Origin: the human T2T-CHM13v2.0 reference genome, Homo sapiens
Assembly (NCBI RefSeq): GCF_009914755.1
Contig: NC_060939.1
DNA length: 64,000 nucleotides
Direction: 5' to 3' (one strand)
Both the position numbers and the translations under genes were made by a program. A model generated the notes under the pieces. That model saw only the letters and a list, made by a program, of their open reading frames with translations. It had not been told where the DNA came from and did not search any database. Below, piece by piece: positions 1 to 14,018 of this stretch; within the stretch, counting starts at the first letter, position 1, and the number at the start of each line of letters is the position of its first letter.

Positions 1-1255
<1,255 letters not shown>

Positions 1256-1574
1256 GACAGAGCTGACTCCTCTGTCATCTTGTCTGTGTTCTTATACTAT
1301 ATTGTCTCTTTTGGAGTTCTTAACCACATTGTTTGGTGGTTAGTTCTTTAAACCTCTATTTCACCTACTAGCATATGAGCTCCTTGTAGCTGAGATATTT
1401 TGTATCCCCATCATCCAGCAGAGTGAGTTGCTTGTAGTAGGAGTTCAACAGACTCCTTGAGAAAGGAGAGAGGAAAGCTAGAAGTGGAGAGGAAATGACC
1501 AGTTACTAAATATCTAATAAGTGTCAGCCATGTACCAAACCCTTCACATGCATTATTTCACTTATTGTATCACT

Positions 1575-3200
1575 CATATCTATTCATGTGTCTATTTAAC
1601 AAATATTAGCCCTATACTACCTGTCAGCCACTGTTCCGTATGTTAAGGATAGAGCTACTCTTACATGCTTAATTTCAAGTGAGAGGAGACAGACAACAAA
1701 CAAAATATAACAAATAAATATATAATTATGTCAAGTGGTAATACATTTTATGAAGAAAAATAAAAGTGGGTAAGAAAATAAAGAGTTATGGAAGTTGGGA
1801 GTGTTCCATTTTAGATAAAGGACCAAGGAGGCACTTTGTGATAAGGTAGTTTTTTGAACAAAAAAAGTAAACAGAGTAACCTGAAGAACTGTAGATATGT
1901 GGAAGGAGAGAATTCCTGGAAGAGGGCTAGGCAGTACAAAGGCTCTGAGGCAGGAGCTCATCTGCATGTTTGAGGCCCAACATGGAGGCCACTGTGTCTG
2001 GAAAGGAGTGATCAAGATGCTGAGTGATTTATGAGAATTAGAGGGATAATAAAGGAGAAGCATGTCATATAAACCCTCACGGGAAGGCTTTGGAAAGACC
2101 TTGTGATTTAATTCTCAGTGAGGGGCAAAGGCATGTGAGGATTTTGACCAGAGAAGTGACTTCTTTGGATAGCATGTGGAATGCAGACTATGATGGAGCA
2201 AGATGTATTGACGGAACCAGTTACTCCTTTATTGCAATAGCTCAGAGAGACAGAGGATTGGAACAGAATAACAGTAGTGGAGGCCACATTTGGATATAGT
2301 TTAAGGTAGAGCCAATAGATTTGCTAATCAATTGGAAGTGTGAAGTGAGATAATGAGGGTTTAGTCATGAGAAATGAGACAAATGGAGATGTTACTCATT
2401 TAGGTAGGAAAGATTATGGAAAGGACAAATTTGGGGAGGAAAACGAGATTGCTTTGGACATATTAAGTTTGAAATGCCTATAACATATGCAAGTAGAGTT
2501 ATTGAGTAGGCAATTTGATATGAGTTAGAATTCAGAGAAAGTTTAGGGCTAGAGATACACATTTGAAGGTCATCAGCATAAAAATGGTATTTAAAGTTAT
2601 AGAACTGGATGGGTTATTATTATTTTAGTTTTACCTTAAAGTCTTTTATCCTGAAAACTTTATGAGGCTTCAGAAATACCAGTCCCTCTGAAAACTTGTA
2701 TGTTTTTATTTAATTAGAAAGGGGCCTCACTGTCTTGGCCAGGCTGGTCTCGAACTCCTGTCTTCAGGCAATCCTCCTGCCTCAGCCTTCCAAAGAGCTG
2801 GGATTACAAGCATGAGCCACCATTCCCAGTCTGGTCATTATTATTTTATATATTAAATTGTTTTTGTTTGTTTCAAAACTATATCAATAAAATTTACTTC
2901 ATCTGAAACAAACAAATAAGTTATAGGATTGGATGAGGTTCCCTAGGAAATAATTGTAAACAGGTGACAGAAGATCTTCTGACTGAGTCTTGGGCACTCC
3001 AATGATTAGAAATTGAGAAGGCACAAAGAATTCAGCAAAAGTAATATAGCCACAGGGGCAAGGAAAAGTAAGTCTAAAGTAATGTCCCAGAAGCTAAACA
3101 GAGGCAGTGGCTCAAGAAGATGGAAATGATCAAACACGGCAAATGCTGCACATAGGTCAAATGAGGCCTGATAACTGTAGATTGACTAGTGCCACTGAAT
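1575..3200 (-). mobile_element. Degenerate L2 (LINE-2), interrupted by a FLAM
   Basis: Reverse-complement L2 3' end (tattcat...aacaaatatt...ctacctgtcagccactgttc) followed by typical L2 body (ttggacatattaagtttgaaatgcct, ttcagagaaagtttagggctagagatac). Boundaries approximate. Confidence 0.7.
2702..2832 (-). mobile_element. FLAM / free left Alu monomer
   Basis: A single monomer: ctcactgtcttggccaggctggtctcgaactcctg...gattacaagcatgagccacc, with a T-rich tail. Confidence 0.85.
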
Positions 3201-3599
3201 TTGGTCATTTGAGTAAGCATCTTTATCCCTCTTTGACATACAATCAAATTGAGGTTCAAATGGATTAACTAATTTGCCCAAGTAGAGACAGCTGGAAAGT
3301 GGAGTTGAGACTGAAACACAGATCTGCTGTGTCCAAAGCCCATATTCTTTTTCCTCCTTTGGTTACAAGCCTGCAAGCTGTGCCATCCACAAAGCACCCA
3401 GGCAACGGGACAATTAGGAAATTAATTCTAGCCTGTGCTCTGCTTGTCAAACTGTGTGCCCTGAAGCAGGGAGGATTCAGACTTGGGTAAAGGGTGCCTT
3501 TTCCCACAAAGGCAGGGAAGAACTTGAGCGGTGGGAGAGAGAGCAGTAAGAAATTGGACAAGTTAAAATAAAACATAAAAACTAACTTAATAAAGTAAA

Positions 3600-3720
3600 T
3601 CTGAGCATTAGCTGTGTATCACATCACCTGTGGATATTTAAAAATATGCATGTCTGGGCACCACTCCAGATCTATTAAATCAGACTCTCCAAGAGTGATC
3701 ACATGTGTACCCTAGCACTT
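3600..3720. mobile_element. MER5-like hAT DNA transposon fragment
   Basis: catcacctgtggatatttaaaaatatgcatgtctgggcaccactccagatctattaaatcagactctcc resembles the MER5A core. Confidence 0.55.
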
Positions 3721-6700
3721 ATAGGTGGATTGTACATTCTATCATTAAAAAAACTTAAGATCTTCCCTCATTTACACAGTATCCAGAAGATTATACAAAA
3801 AGCTCTCTGAATTTGAGTGGGACATTCTAATACATGCAACAACAGAGAGCAGTGGAGTCTGGAATGGCTTTTCTCACTCTATTCTGGATATCCCTACTCC
3901 AATCTTCTTCAATAATAGATGCAGGGGCTTAATTCTGGTGTGCCCCCCACCGCTTACTCCCCCATGTAGCCATCTGCCTTGTGATCAGCAAAGAAACCTC
4001 TTTTCTTTGGGCACTCTTTTTTCATGTCCCCTCTCCCAAGTCCCTTCAGTTTATATGTTTTGCCAACCCTCCTTTTACTTCCTATCCAAATTCAATCATT
4101 TATCTCTGTCTGGTTGAGCTGGGAGGGCTCTGGATACTGTGAAAGGAGGAGAGACAGATATGAAGCTCTGAAGAAGCATTCACTGTCTAGCATCAGGGTG
4201 ATTATTTAAAAGGCTAGTAGACCTTTTACACTGTCAAAATTAATGTCTGCAAGAAAGGTTTCCATATATTATTACGCTAAAAGGCACCTATCTCCTTCTG
4301 TCATCCTAGCTTCAGAATGTGTGAAACCTCAGAAAGGATTTGTGGGATGATAGAGGCTGGAGGAGGATGCAATGAAGTGAAATGAATTTGGACCACTAGA
4401 TCCAAATTATACAAAATTTCTACAAGCAAACATATTGGGGAATTAGATTTGATAAACAGTGATATGGTTTATGCCCAACACCCATCCACTCTCACCTCCT
4501 TACAGATAAAAACTTGAAGCCCATGAGAATCCAGTGACTTAGGGCAAGGTCATGCAGAAAATTTAGAAGCCAATCAAGGATTAGAAGCTAGGAGACCCAA
4601 TTCTCAGTCTCAAACAAGAAAGAGATGAATTGTGTCATGACTAGTCTAGTGGGAGTGCACTAGGAGTATTATGTCATAATCTCCTAGGATACTGAAAGCA
4701 ACCCTGATACCTGGTCCACCACAAAGATTCTGCTATAGTAGTACAAAGTGAGACCTAGGAATTATAAAACATTTCTGATGCCAAGCCAGGGTCAGGAGCC
4801 TTAGACATAAAGCAACAAGCTGTGGTCAGTCCTAGGAGATTTGAAGCCTGCAGATGACTTTTCTTAGAAGAAATCACCATAACCTGAAAGCAAAATGAAT
4901 GCAAATAGAGATGGAGAGATATGAAGGGACAATGTGCAAGGTATTGTATGGGATGAGAATACCAGATTTAGGTCAACATGCTCCAACTCAGTCTCACCTT
5001 AAAGTCTAGCTGAAGACTTCAGGTTCTATGTGCTATCTCTGTCTGGAAACCAACAAGTGAAACTGCACAGCAGAAAGAAGATGACTCCAGAGGACAGTGG
5101 AAGGAATATGGAATCCTTGGCTTCTTGAGTCTGACTTGCATCTAATTCAGGTTGGCAGGCACCATAAGTCATTAGCATGAGTTGAATTTCCTGTAGTCAT
5201 GGTGAGCTCAGCCCTGGACTCTCCAGTTCCTGGGAGACCAGTGTCTCAACTAGCACTAAGTACCTTGGAAGACTTAGTTGAAAGGGCAAGTCAAGAGAGA
5301 ACAGGACTGGACTTCTTCCTATACCTGATTTAAAAGACAAGTATATCTGGAAGCACCTAAGATCAAAGATACTTCAACCAGGGTCTCTGCTTTGCCTTTC
5401 ACTTTCCAAGACTATGCAGCTGTTTTTTTTTTTTTTCTATTATGTTACAAAAAGCAAGAAAGTATTTAGCATGGCCAATAATAGAAATACACTCTGTTTT
5501 CAGGATTCCAAAGAGCATATAATTTTCCTTTCATTTGAATAAATTATTGTGCCCCGCCCCCCACCCGCCCCAGCTCCTTACATAGTGACCAAGAAAAAAA
5601 AAGTTTAGGTGCATAACCTTTTTGTGCTGGCATAACTGAGACTTGAATCTTGCACAAACCAGTGAGATCCTAAACTATGAAGTTGGAGTGCAGTCAGGGA
5701 CAGCTAGCAAAGCAAGAAAGATAAGTCTGTCCTTTGGGATACCATCCCAGCAGTGGCATCATCCCAGCTCGGTATGCCACAGCCACTGGCCAGGGAACCA
5801 TGAAGCAGCCTTAGCAGGCAGAGTTCTCTCCCAGTGCTGTCTGGAACAAACTAGGAGCAGTAGCACAGCTGTCTCTGCAATTTCCATGTTGCTGTAGAGA
5901 GCTAGTTCTGGCTTTTCTGAATGTGAGTGGAGCCCATCTTGTCTGTTTGGAAGGTGAGAGTCGGTGCTGCAAAGAGATAGGGAGTAAGCATTCTCTTCAC
6001 TGTGAATAGGTCTTAAAGAAAGCTGCCCTTGCCAACAATAAAAATGCAAATGTTAGAACTTCTTCCAAGGATACTACCTACAGTTCAGTGAGCCAATGTG
6101 CCAAACAAGTTTGAGGACCACTGCCCTTAAGCGCCTTTCATCTTCCTCACAATTTTATCACAGGGTCGGTGATCAGAAGGACTTATCCTTACAAACACTT
6201 TTCACTTGGAGGGCTAACTTGGTCTGCCTTATTAGTCTTCTAAGCCAAGAATGGAATACAGCAGAAAAAGCAGATGAAAATGAAAAAGGCCTTCCAAATG
6301 TGAGATAAATGAGACAATTCCTCTCCCAAGCATATACCTCGGGGGAGAGCAGGGCTTTTTGGAGTGGCTCAGTTTCCAGTGGCTGAGACCATGACTTTCC
6401 TTCGCCTCTCAAGTCCTTTAAACCTTGGAATTCTTTCAGCCTCTGAAAATGCACAAACAAGAGCCAAGGAAAGACAAATTGGAGTCTGGTGCCTTCCAGT
6501 AAGAGATGCTTGTGAAAGCCAATAACTAATGGGGGTTCCTTTGTGCCTTGTTGATGGCTGAGTGGGGCTGGTGTTCAGGGGGATAGGTCAGATCAGCCAA
6601 AAAACCCAGCTTCAGAGTGTCCTTGAGATAACATAGCCGTGTGTTGAAAACCTGTGAGAGACAGGCATGGGAGTGGGATCAAGGAGAAGATCGGTAAAGG

Positions 6701-7411
6701 ATACCTCTTGTTATTCCCCAAATACTTTGATGATAGTTCATATTTTAAATGAGTTGAATCTGTTCAGAGTCTGAAGCGATTCAAACCTGAAAACATATTA
6801 GCATGTAGCTTGTATCAGACTATAATTGGTGCAATATGAACCAGCGTAGATGATTTTCATTTAATGAGTGCCTTGTCCAAATGACTCTGGAATCATTTCC
6901 AAATCTGAATTGATTCAAATTGTGACTATTTATGAATGATGATGGGTTAGGTGGATGTTTCATGGAGCCCTGTAGACATATGCAGGAGGGCCAGGAGAGG
7001 AGCAGCAGTAGGATCCTTGCACATCCAGCACTCAGCAGATGAAGGCTTTGGTAACTGGACAATCTAATGGTCCCAGGCCAGCAAGCACAGAGCTGTCACT
7101 CATCCCGAGTGAAGCCTGTCCCTGCTTGTGACTCATAGTAAAATTTAATGCTGACTCTGCAATGGAGAAAGTGAGACTGGTTTGTCTCCAGCTCTGCTTA
7201 CACTTTTCATTCGTAGAGGGAAAGCAAGTCCAGGCCTGGGTTTGTATCTGTATGAAACAGAATCATAAAATAGCTGGGTTCTACATTCAGCAGGGCTCAG
7301 TACAAGTATGGTACCACAGTCTTGTGATAATCAGTGCTATCATAAAAAATTGAAGGAACAAATTTGGCCCTGTGTAAAACAGGTTGTCTTCTACAGCACT
7401 AACAAACTCTT

Positions 7412-7469
7412 AATGATATAAAACAACTTTGGAGGAGATACAATGATATAAAACAACTTTGGAGGAGAT
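7412..7469. repeat. Tandem duplication of a 28-bp unit with a 2-bp spacer
   Basis: aatgatataaaacaactttggaggagat at 7412-7439 and 7442-7469. Confidence 0.95.
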
Positions 7470-10038
7470 TAGTTGGATTCCAGAGATTATAGGCAAGTTA
7501 GACATATACCAGATATTTAATACTTGGTCTGAAGAGTAGTTTCTATATTAGAAGAAACCTCTATTTTATGACTAGGGTGTGAACTATTTAATGTCTCAAT
7601 AAGCCATTAAAATGTAGAAAGAATAATTGCCATTTTTAGTTTCTATAAATATCAAAGTGAGTTGTATGAACTACTTAAGCCAAGACAATGAAATGGATAT
7701 CATGCATTATTCCGTACTTCTATATGTTGCAAGCATGGCTGAAAAGAGATTTATATCACATATTTGGTAGGATTCTAATTAAAGCCATAAGATCATGATC
7801 AAATAATCTTGCATTTTATCAACCTGTGGCTCTGGGTGAAGGTCAAAGGTGAAACACCAATGCTGTCTTAAAATACATAGCCAACATACAACAATATTTA
7901 CTTCTCCTTGTTGAGTTCATTTCCAATGAAAAAAAGACAGACATATACAGATTTAATAATCTGTATAAGTACATTTCCCCTAATGACTATCTTATTTTGT
8001 TACACAATTAAATTCTATAGACTCTTGCTGGCATTGTTTGAAAACTTCTGGGAGTACTGGTCACATTACATTACAAACTCATAATTTTTTTTGTTAATAA
8101 ACTATCTGAACCAAGGAAGAAGCTATTATGATTTGTTTATGTTCTTTAGATGATATGTCTCAAATATGGTGGGTATTATTGCTGGTGTGGACATCTTCAC
8201 AAAAATTGAAGGCCAATTGCTGGCATATTTTCTTCATACCCTAGAAAAATGCAAATACAAACCTCAGATGTCAAGGAGGTACTACCCAGTATATAGGTCT
8301 GCCTTTATAAGACATATATAAAAAAGCAAGAGATATGAATTCTGATATCTGTACATCATGTTCCAATTCATTTTGAGAGCCTTAGAGAATGACTTTGCTG
8401 GAACAGTGTTCATGTTCTTATTGCAATTAGAAACGTCCAAACTAAACAGGTTTCAATACCTGTGGTAGCACCTTTGGCTTTTAAATCTTATTAAACCACT
8501 AGAGACCTGAGAGAGACTTGACATTTATTTAATTTGGCCGATAATACTCAACAAATAAGAACCCCAATGGATAAAATGCATTAATATTCGAAAAGTCACT
8601 TTTCTGCCCACCACCCATGGCAACAAGTTTATTTGTTTGGAGGAAGACTGAAACTTGAATTCCTACCAATAGTATGAACTGTAGCAAATCTTAAGTTGAA
8701 TTTGTGTGAGAACTTTGGGGAAGACACATAGGCAGGATGTTTGTTTCATCTTTTCCATTTTTCCTGCTGAATTTATCTTGTAAAGAATGAGACTGGTCCC
8801 AATTTCTGTATGCCCCAGTATCGACATCTGGAAAACATGGGTTATTTATCCCCTAAGGTTACTGAGGCTGATTACATAGGATTTAAAAAAAGAGGGAATC
8901 ACTCATTTATGAACAGCATGGGGAATCTTCACTACAAGGCAATCTGCTGTATACTTCATTTATTTAGCATGGTTTGGACTATATACAAATGTAATATACA
9001 AAGGCAATAATTTCTTATTAGATTTTGTCTAGGTCTTGTAGTCTTATCTTTTTGGCTGAAATAAAAATAAATCCTTAGAGAAACAGAACTGGGGTCACAG
9101 TATCTCTTTTAAAGCCATTTTCGCAATAAGTATTTATAAACAATTTCCAGAACAATTAATAATCTGTACTAAATTGAAGTGAATTCAGGTAATGACTTTT
9201 AAAACAAAAGCAAGAATAGTTTCCTCAGAAAAAAGGTAGCAGGGTTTTTGACTATTAGACATTCAGTAATGAATATTTGAGTCAAATTTTATAAGGCATT
9301 TCTGTATAGCTATCCACCCTTTCACCTAAAATTCATAATGGAGTTCAAAATTGAAAATAATATTGCCTATCTAGCTATTTCAATATCAAATCCCATAAAG
9401 AAAAAATGAAGGGAATGTAAGGTAAGAATTAAATATGTGATAGAGAAACTAGTAGATAATCTATGTGAATTCTTAATGTGACCATGAAGATTATGCAGAT
9501 AGTTTTCCATTAGGCATTTGATCACATAGGTGAATTGAATGCCATAGACTATGTTTATTCATGCTTTAATAGCCATTGAAAAGCAAAGTAATTTTTCAAT
9601 TAAAGGAAAAACTTTCAAAGAAACAGTTTTATTTAACTTTTTTTGGTTGGACAGTGAAGCTAAGAGAAGGTTGGAGAAAAAAGAAGAAGGAAGTACACAG
9701 TCTTGGCTAACACACACAAAAAACAAGGACAGAAAGTATTTTCAAGGATCTTCAAGTGGGGTTCTTTTATGATTTTAAAATATATGCATATCTTTTCTTT
9801 CTCTATGGGGACCTATCTCCAGAATTAAAATATATTTTATTGGGCAAATATAGTCTGATATACAAATACTTGCTTTATAAACATCATCTTAAAATGTACT
9901 CATTCAGTGTGGCTAGGAAGAGATAACGTATCTCCAAAGGGCTACTCACATAATCTTTTATGGATTAACTGAAAGGATTTAATTTGATCTATTTAAGATA
10001 TAAAATCACATCTAATTAAAGATATAAAATTTAGAGAT

Positions 10039-10296
10039 TTTATATCTTGCTAAGGGGGTGTCATTGCAGAGTGCACTGGTGAACAAAGATCACTAGGAAT
10101 AAGGTATGAAGCTTAACTTCATATACAGGGCAAAAATACAAGGTAGTGGTCAAACAAAAGAAGGGGGTGTCATTTATATCTTGCTAAGGGGGTGTCATTG
10201 CAGAGTGCACTGGTGAACAAAGATCACTAGGAATAAGGTATGAAGCTTAACTTCATATACAGGGCAAAAATACAAGGTAGTGGTCAAGCAAAAGAA
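10039..10296. repeat. 124-bp tandem duplication with a 10-bp templated junction insert
   Basis: 10039-10162 equals 10173-10296 except one base (10154 a vs 10288 g). The spacer gggggtgtca is copied from within the unit. Confidence 0.95.
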
Positions 10297-10856
10297 CAGA
10301 TAAATGTACCTAAGGGTGGCTGGTCAAGAAGGATCAGAAAGACTTTAACAAGGTATTTCAACCTCAAAATTCATTAAGATATTTGCATCAGAAAAACTCA
10401 GTGAGTACAAAAAGTAAAATAATTAACAAACAAAGGGGTTCAGAGCCTCTAAATTCAAGGCAAGGCGATTGCTAAAATTAAGCAAAAAAATAAGAACCAA
10501 AAGTATATGATTCCAAACCCAAGACCAAAGACCATAATTGAAAGCTGGTAGGAAGACAGGAAGTAATTACACTACAAGAAGCACAATAGGTGGTGCCATC
10601 CATCCTTGGGCAAAAAATCTAGACAGCCAATATGCAGCACCTCAATACTGAGAGCAACTTTCATCTCATTTCACTTCCTGCTATAACAGTCCATTCTAGG
10701 ACTGTTAACTCAGAGTCTGCAGGTTGTAGCAGATAAATCAACTCAAAAAATGAATATCCTGACTTAACTGGGGAGTATGAGGGTACTTCAGTGAGCATAC
10801 ATATTTCCAATTAATTCATTTATTAATTTGCTCCTTCAAAAACATGTACTGAGGAT

Positions 10857-12967
10857 GAAAGGAAACATGGTGAAGTAGGACTGCCAAAAATCCTCTCTTT
10901 CCTAAAAGCAATGAGAACAGCAGCAAAAAAAATATTGCCAGAATCAACTATTTTAGAATTCCAAAAAAATGAATCAAAAGCTTACAGCAACCTGGGGATA
11001 ATTTATCCAAGAAAAATGGACAAATCCCAATAAGAAAAGTGAGCCTTGTGGTGATTTAACTTATACTATTCCCAGCCCCCAGTACTCCAGCTCTGTGGTG
11101 GCCTTAGAAACCAACAGCCTACAATTATGGTGAAAGCCAGCAGTCCAGCAGCCACTGGAGGAAACAGAATGGGATTGGAGTTTCTATAAAGCCACCTTCC
11201 CAGATAAGAGTCATTATTTGTCCTGTCTGGTGGTTCCATGGAAGCCCTACTTCAAGGATGCCTGACCTGACACAGATCCAACACAGAGCTTATCCAGTGA
11301 AAAAAAATCTTTTCCTGAGGACATTTGTCAAAAACAATTACAGTCAAGCGTGGCTGACTGAGGTGGTATATAGCATTTGGGACAAATAACAGGCTAACCA
11401 CAGCTTGAAAGGAAAATCTGGAGAATGAGATATCCATAGGGGGCTTTGAAAAGCTCTGACACATTCCTGGAACTGTAGAAAGCCATGTGCATATGTAGGA
11501 CAGTGAGCATGACCAGGGCTGTGCACATACTCAGGAAAGACGTGAAAAGGTCCTATGCACTCACATCTGGCTAAACTTGAGGCTCTGTACGAGCAGGAAA
11601 TGAAATTTCAAAACTTTCTGCAAAACTGTAGTAAACAAGATTGTGTGGAACTGTCATTAGAATAGACACATAGATCAATATAATGAAATTGGAAGTCCAA
11701 AAATGAATCCATATATTTATGATTAATTGATTTTGGAAAGGGATGTCAAAACAATTCATTAGGGGAGAGAATAGCCTTCAATAAATAGTGCAGAGACATC
11801 TTCATAGCCACATATAAAACATGAAGTTATACTCTTATCACACATCATATACGGAAATTAACTCAAAATGAATCAAAGACTGAAGTGTAAAAGCTAAAAT
11901 TATACAATTCTTGGAAGAAAATATAGGTGTAAATCTTCATGACCTTGGATTAGGCAAGGATTTCTCGAGCATGACATCAAAAACACAAAAAAACAAAAGA
12001 AAAAATAGATAAATTCAATTTCATCAAAATTAAAAACTTACGTGCATCAAACCATCAAGAAAGTGAAAAGACAACCCACATAATGGAGAACATTCCTATT
12101 GACAAAATCACATATCTGATAAGAGTCTAGTATCCACAATATATCAAGAACTTTCACACTCAGTAATAAAAAGAAAAATTAATTTAAAAATGGGCAACTA
12201 ATAATCATATGAAAAGGTGCTCAATATCATTACTCATTAGAGAAATGCAAATCAAAACCATAATGAGATTCCACTCATATCCACATAGATGGCTATAATC
12301 AATAAAACAGACAAGAGCAAGTATTGGCAAGGATTCTGAGAAACTGGAACCCGCATACACTGCAGGTAGGAGTGTAAAATGATGCAGAAACCTTGAAAAA
12401 CAGTTTGCCAGTATCACAAAAAGTTAAATATAGAGTTACAAGAAATTCCACTTCTACACATATAAGCCAAGGGAACTGAGAACATATATTCATGCAAAAA
12501 CTTGTATACAAATGTTCATAGCAGTATTGTTACGGATAGCCAAAAAGTGGAAACAATCAAAGTGCTCATCAGCATCTGTCTGAATAAACAAAATATGGTA
12601 TATCTGTAGAATGGAATATTATTCACCCATGAAAAGCAATAAAATATTTCTGCTAAAACATGGAAGAGCCTTGAAATTTTTATGCTAAGTAAAAGAAGTC
12701 AGACACAAAAAGCTGCATGTTGTGTGATTTTGTTTATTTGAAATTTCCAGAATAGGTAAGCCCATAAATATAGAAAACAGATTAGTGGTTGCCAGGGACT
12801 AAGGAGGTAGAAAATGAGGAGAGTCTGATAATAGGTATGGGGTTTCTGTTTAGGGCAATGAAACTATCAGGGGATTATGTAGTGGTAATTGTTGCACAAC
12901 TTTATTAATAAACTACTGAATTGTACACTTTAAATGGGTGAATTTTGATGTTTGAATTTTATATTTG
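10857..12967 (+). mobile_element. Old L1M (L1MB-like) of 2.1 kb: 5'UTR-like part joined to ORF2 end and 3'UTR, with TSD
   Basis: 10857-~11600 resembles an L1M 5' end (aaacatggtgaagtagg...gaatcaacta...cagcaacctgggg). ~11603-12960 is ORF2 C-terminus and 3'UTR. atgtactgaggat occurs at 10844-10856 and 12973-12985. Confidence 0.75.
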
Positions 12968-13025
12968 AAAAAATGTACTGAGGATCTAACAAGTATGAAA
13001 AAATGTACTGAGGATCTAACAAGTA
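12966..13025. repeat. Perfect 30-bp tandem duplication overlapping the L1 3' TSD
   Basis: tgaaaaaatgtactgaggatctaacaagta twice (12966-12995, 12996-13025). Confidence 0.95.
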
Positions 13026-13918
13026 TTAGTTGCTATATTGGGCACTGAAGATAGTGAGAAGAGTGAGGTCATGCTTGTGCCCTTGTGAGAGAGTCTGGTA
13101 AGGAAGAGAGACACAAATAATTCACTGCAATGACAAGCGCTATAGAAGAATATCAGAAAACAAAGAGAAGCCAGAAGAGAAAGCATGTGATGTTGTTGAG
13201 ATATTAGGTAAAACTTTACAAAGGGGAACATTTTGAACACTGAAGTGTATAGTTCACTAGATAAGAAAAAAGGAGGACATTGAAAGCATCAGAAAAAAAT
13301 GTTCAAAGACCGAGAAATCAGACAGAGCAGACCCTGACAGAAATTCAGCACATAACATAGTGACTTCCCATTTCTAAGTTTACTGTAAGAGAGACCCTTT
13401 TAAAAATGAGACAAGGCAATGAATCAGTCTAGCTATGTCTCACCAGCTGTATCTCCAAATAGCAATCACATGGCAAGAACTGTTTATACCAGTCAAGATT
13501 AGTCAAGTACATGCAGCCAAGATTTTTGTCAAAAATCACTTCTGGGTGACCACCTACATGATAAGCAAATAAATGATTCAGAACAAATGGATGAACGTAT
13601 TGACATACCTTTGTATGAATTAAAATCTGTAAAATTCAGTCCCTTGTATCTCACAAAATTTTGACCCTTAGAAGTAGCCTCAAGTTATTATAAACTTTAG
13701 TTTTCATTAAAATAAGGGGTGGAATAACAATAAAAGTGAAGAATCAAAAAACTTTCTCAACCAGTTTTTACAGGATGAAGAAATTTCATTTGCTTATTCA
13801 TTTATTCAGCCATTCATCAATATTTATTTTGTGTCAATTTTGTGCCGAATATGGGGCTAATTGTTTTTCAGTTGTCTCAAGCTAGAAAAGGAGTAAGGAT
13901 GAAGGGAAGAGTGACAGC

Positions 13919-14018
13919 AATACACTTATTTATTTATATTATTATTTAATAATACACTTATAATATAATACACATATTAATAAGTAATACACTTATTAAT
14001 ATATATTATTTATATATA
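13919..14018. repeat. AT-rich low-complexity tract with a repeated AATACACTTA motif and an inverted repeat
   Basis: Motif at 13919, 13951, 13967 (variant) and 13986. atattaataagt (13974-13985) pairs with acttattaatat (13991-14002). Confidence 0.8.

Noticed and set aside
7412-13025. Short direct repeats as a CRISPR-like array
   Set aside because: Each repeat has only two adjacent copies, the units are unrelated, there are no spacers, and the DNA is primate genomic.
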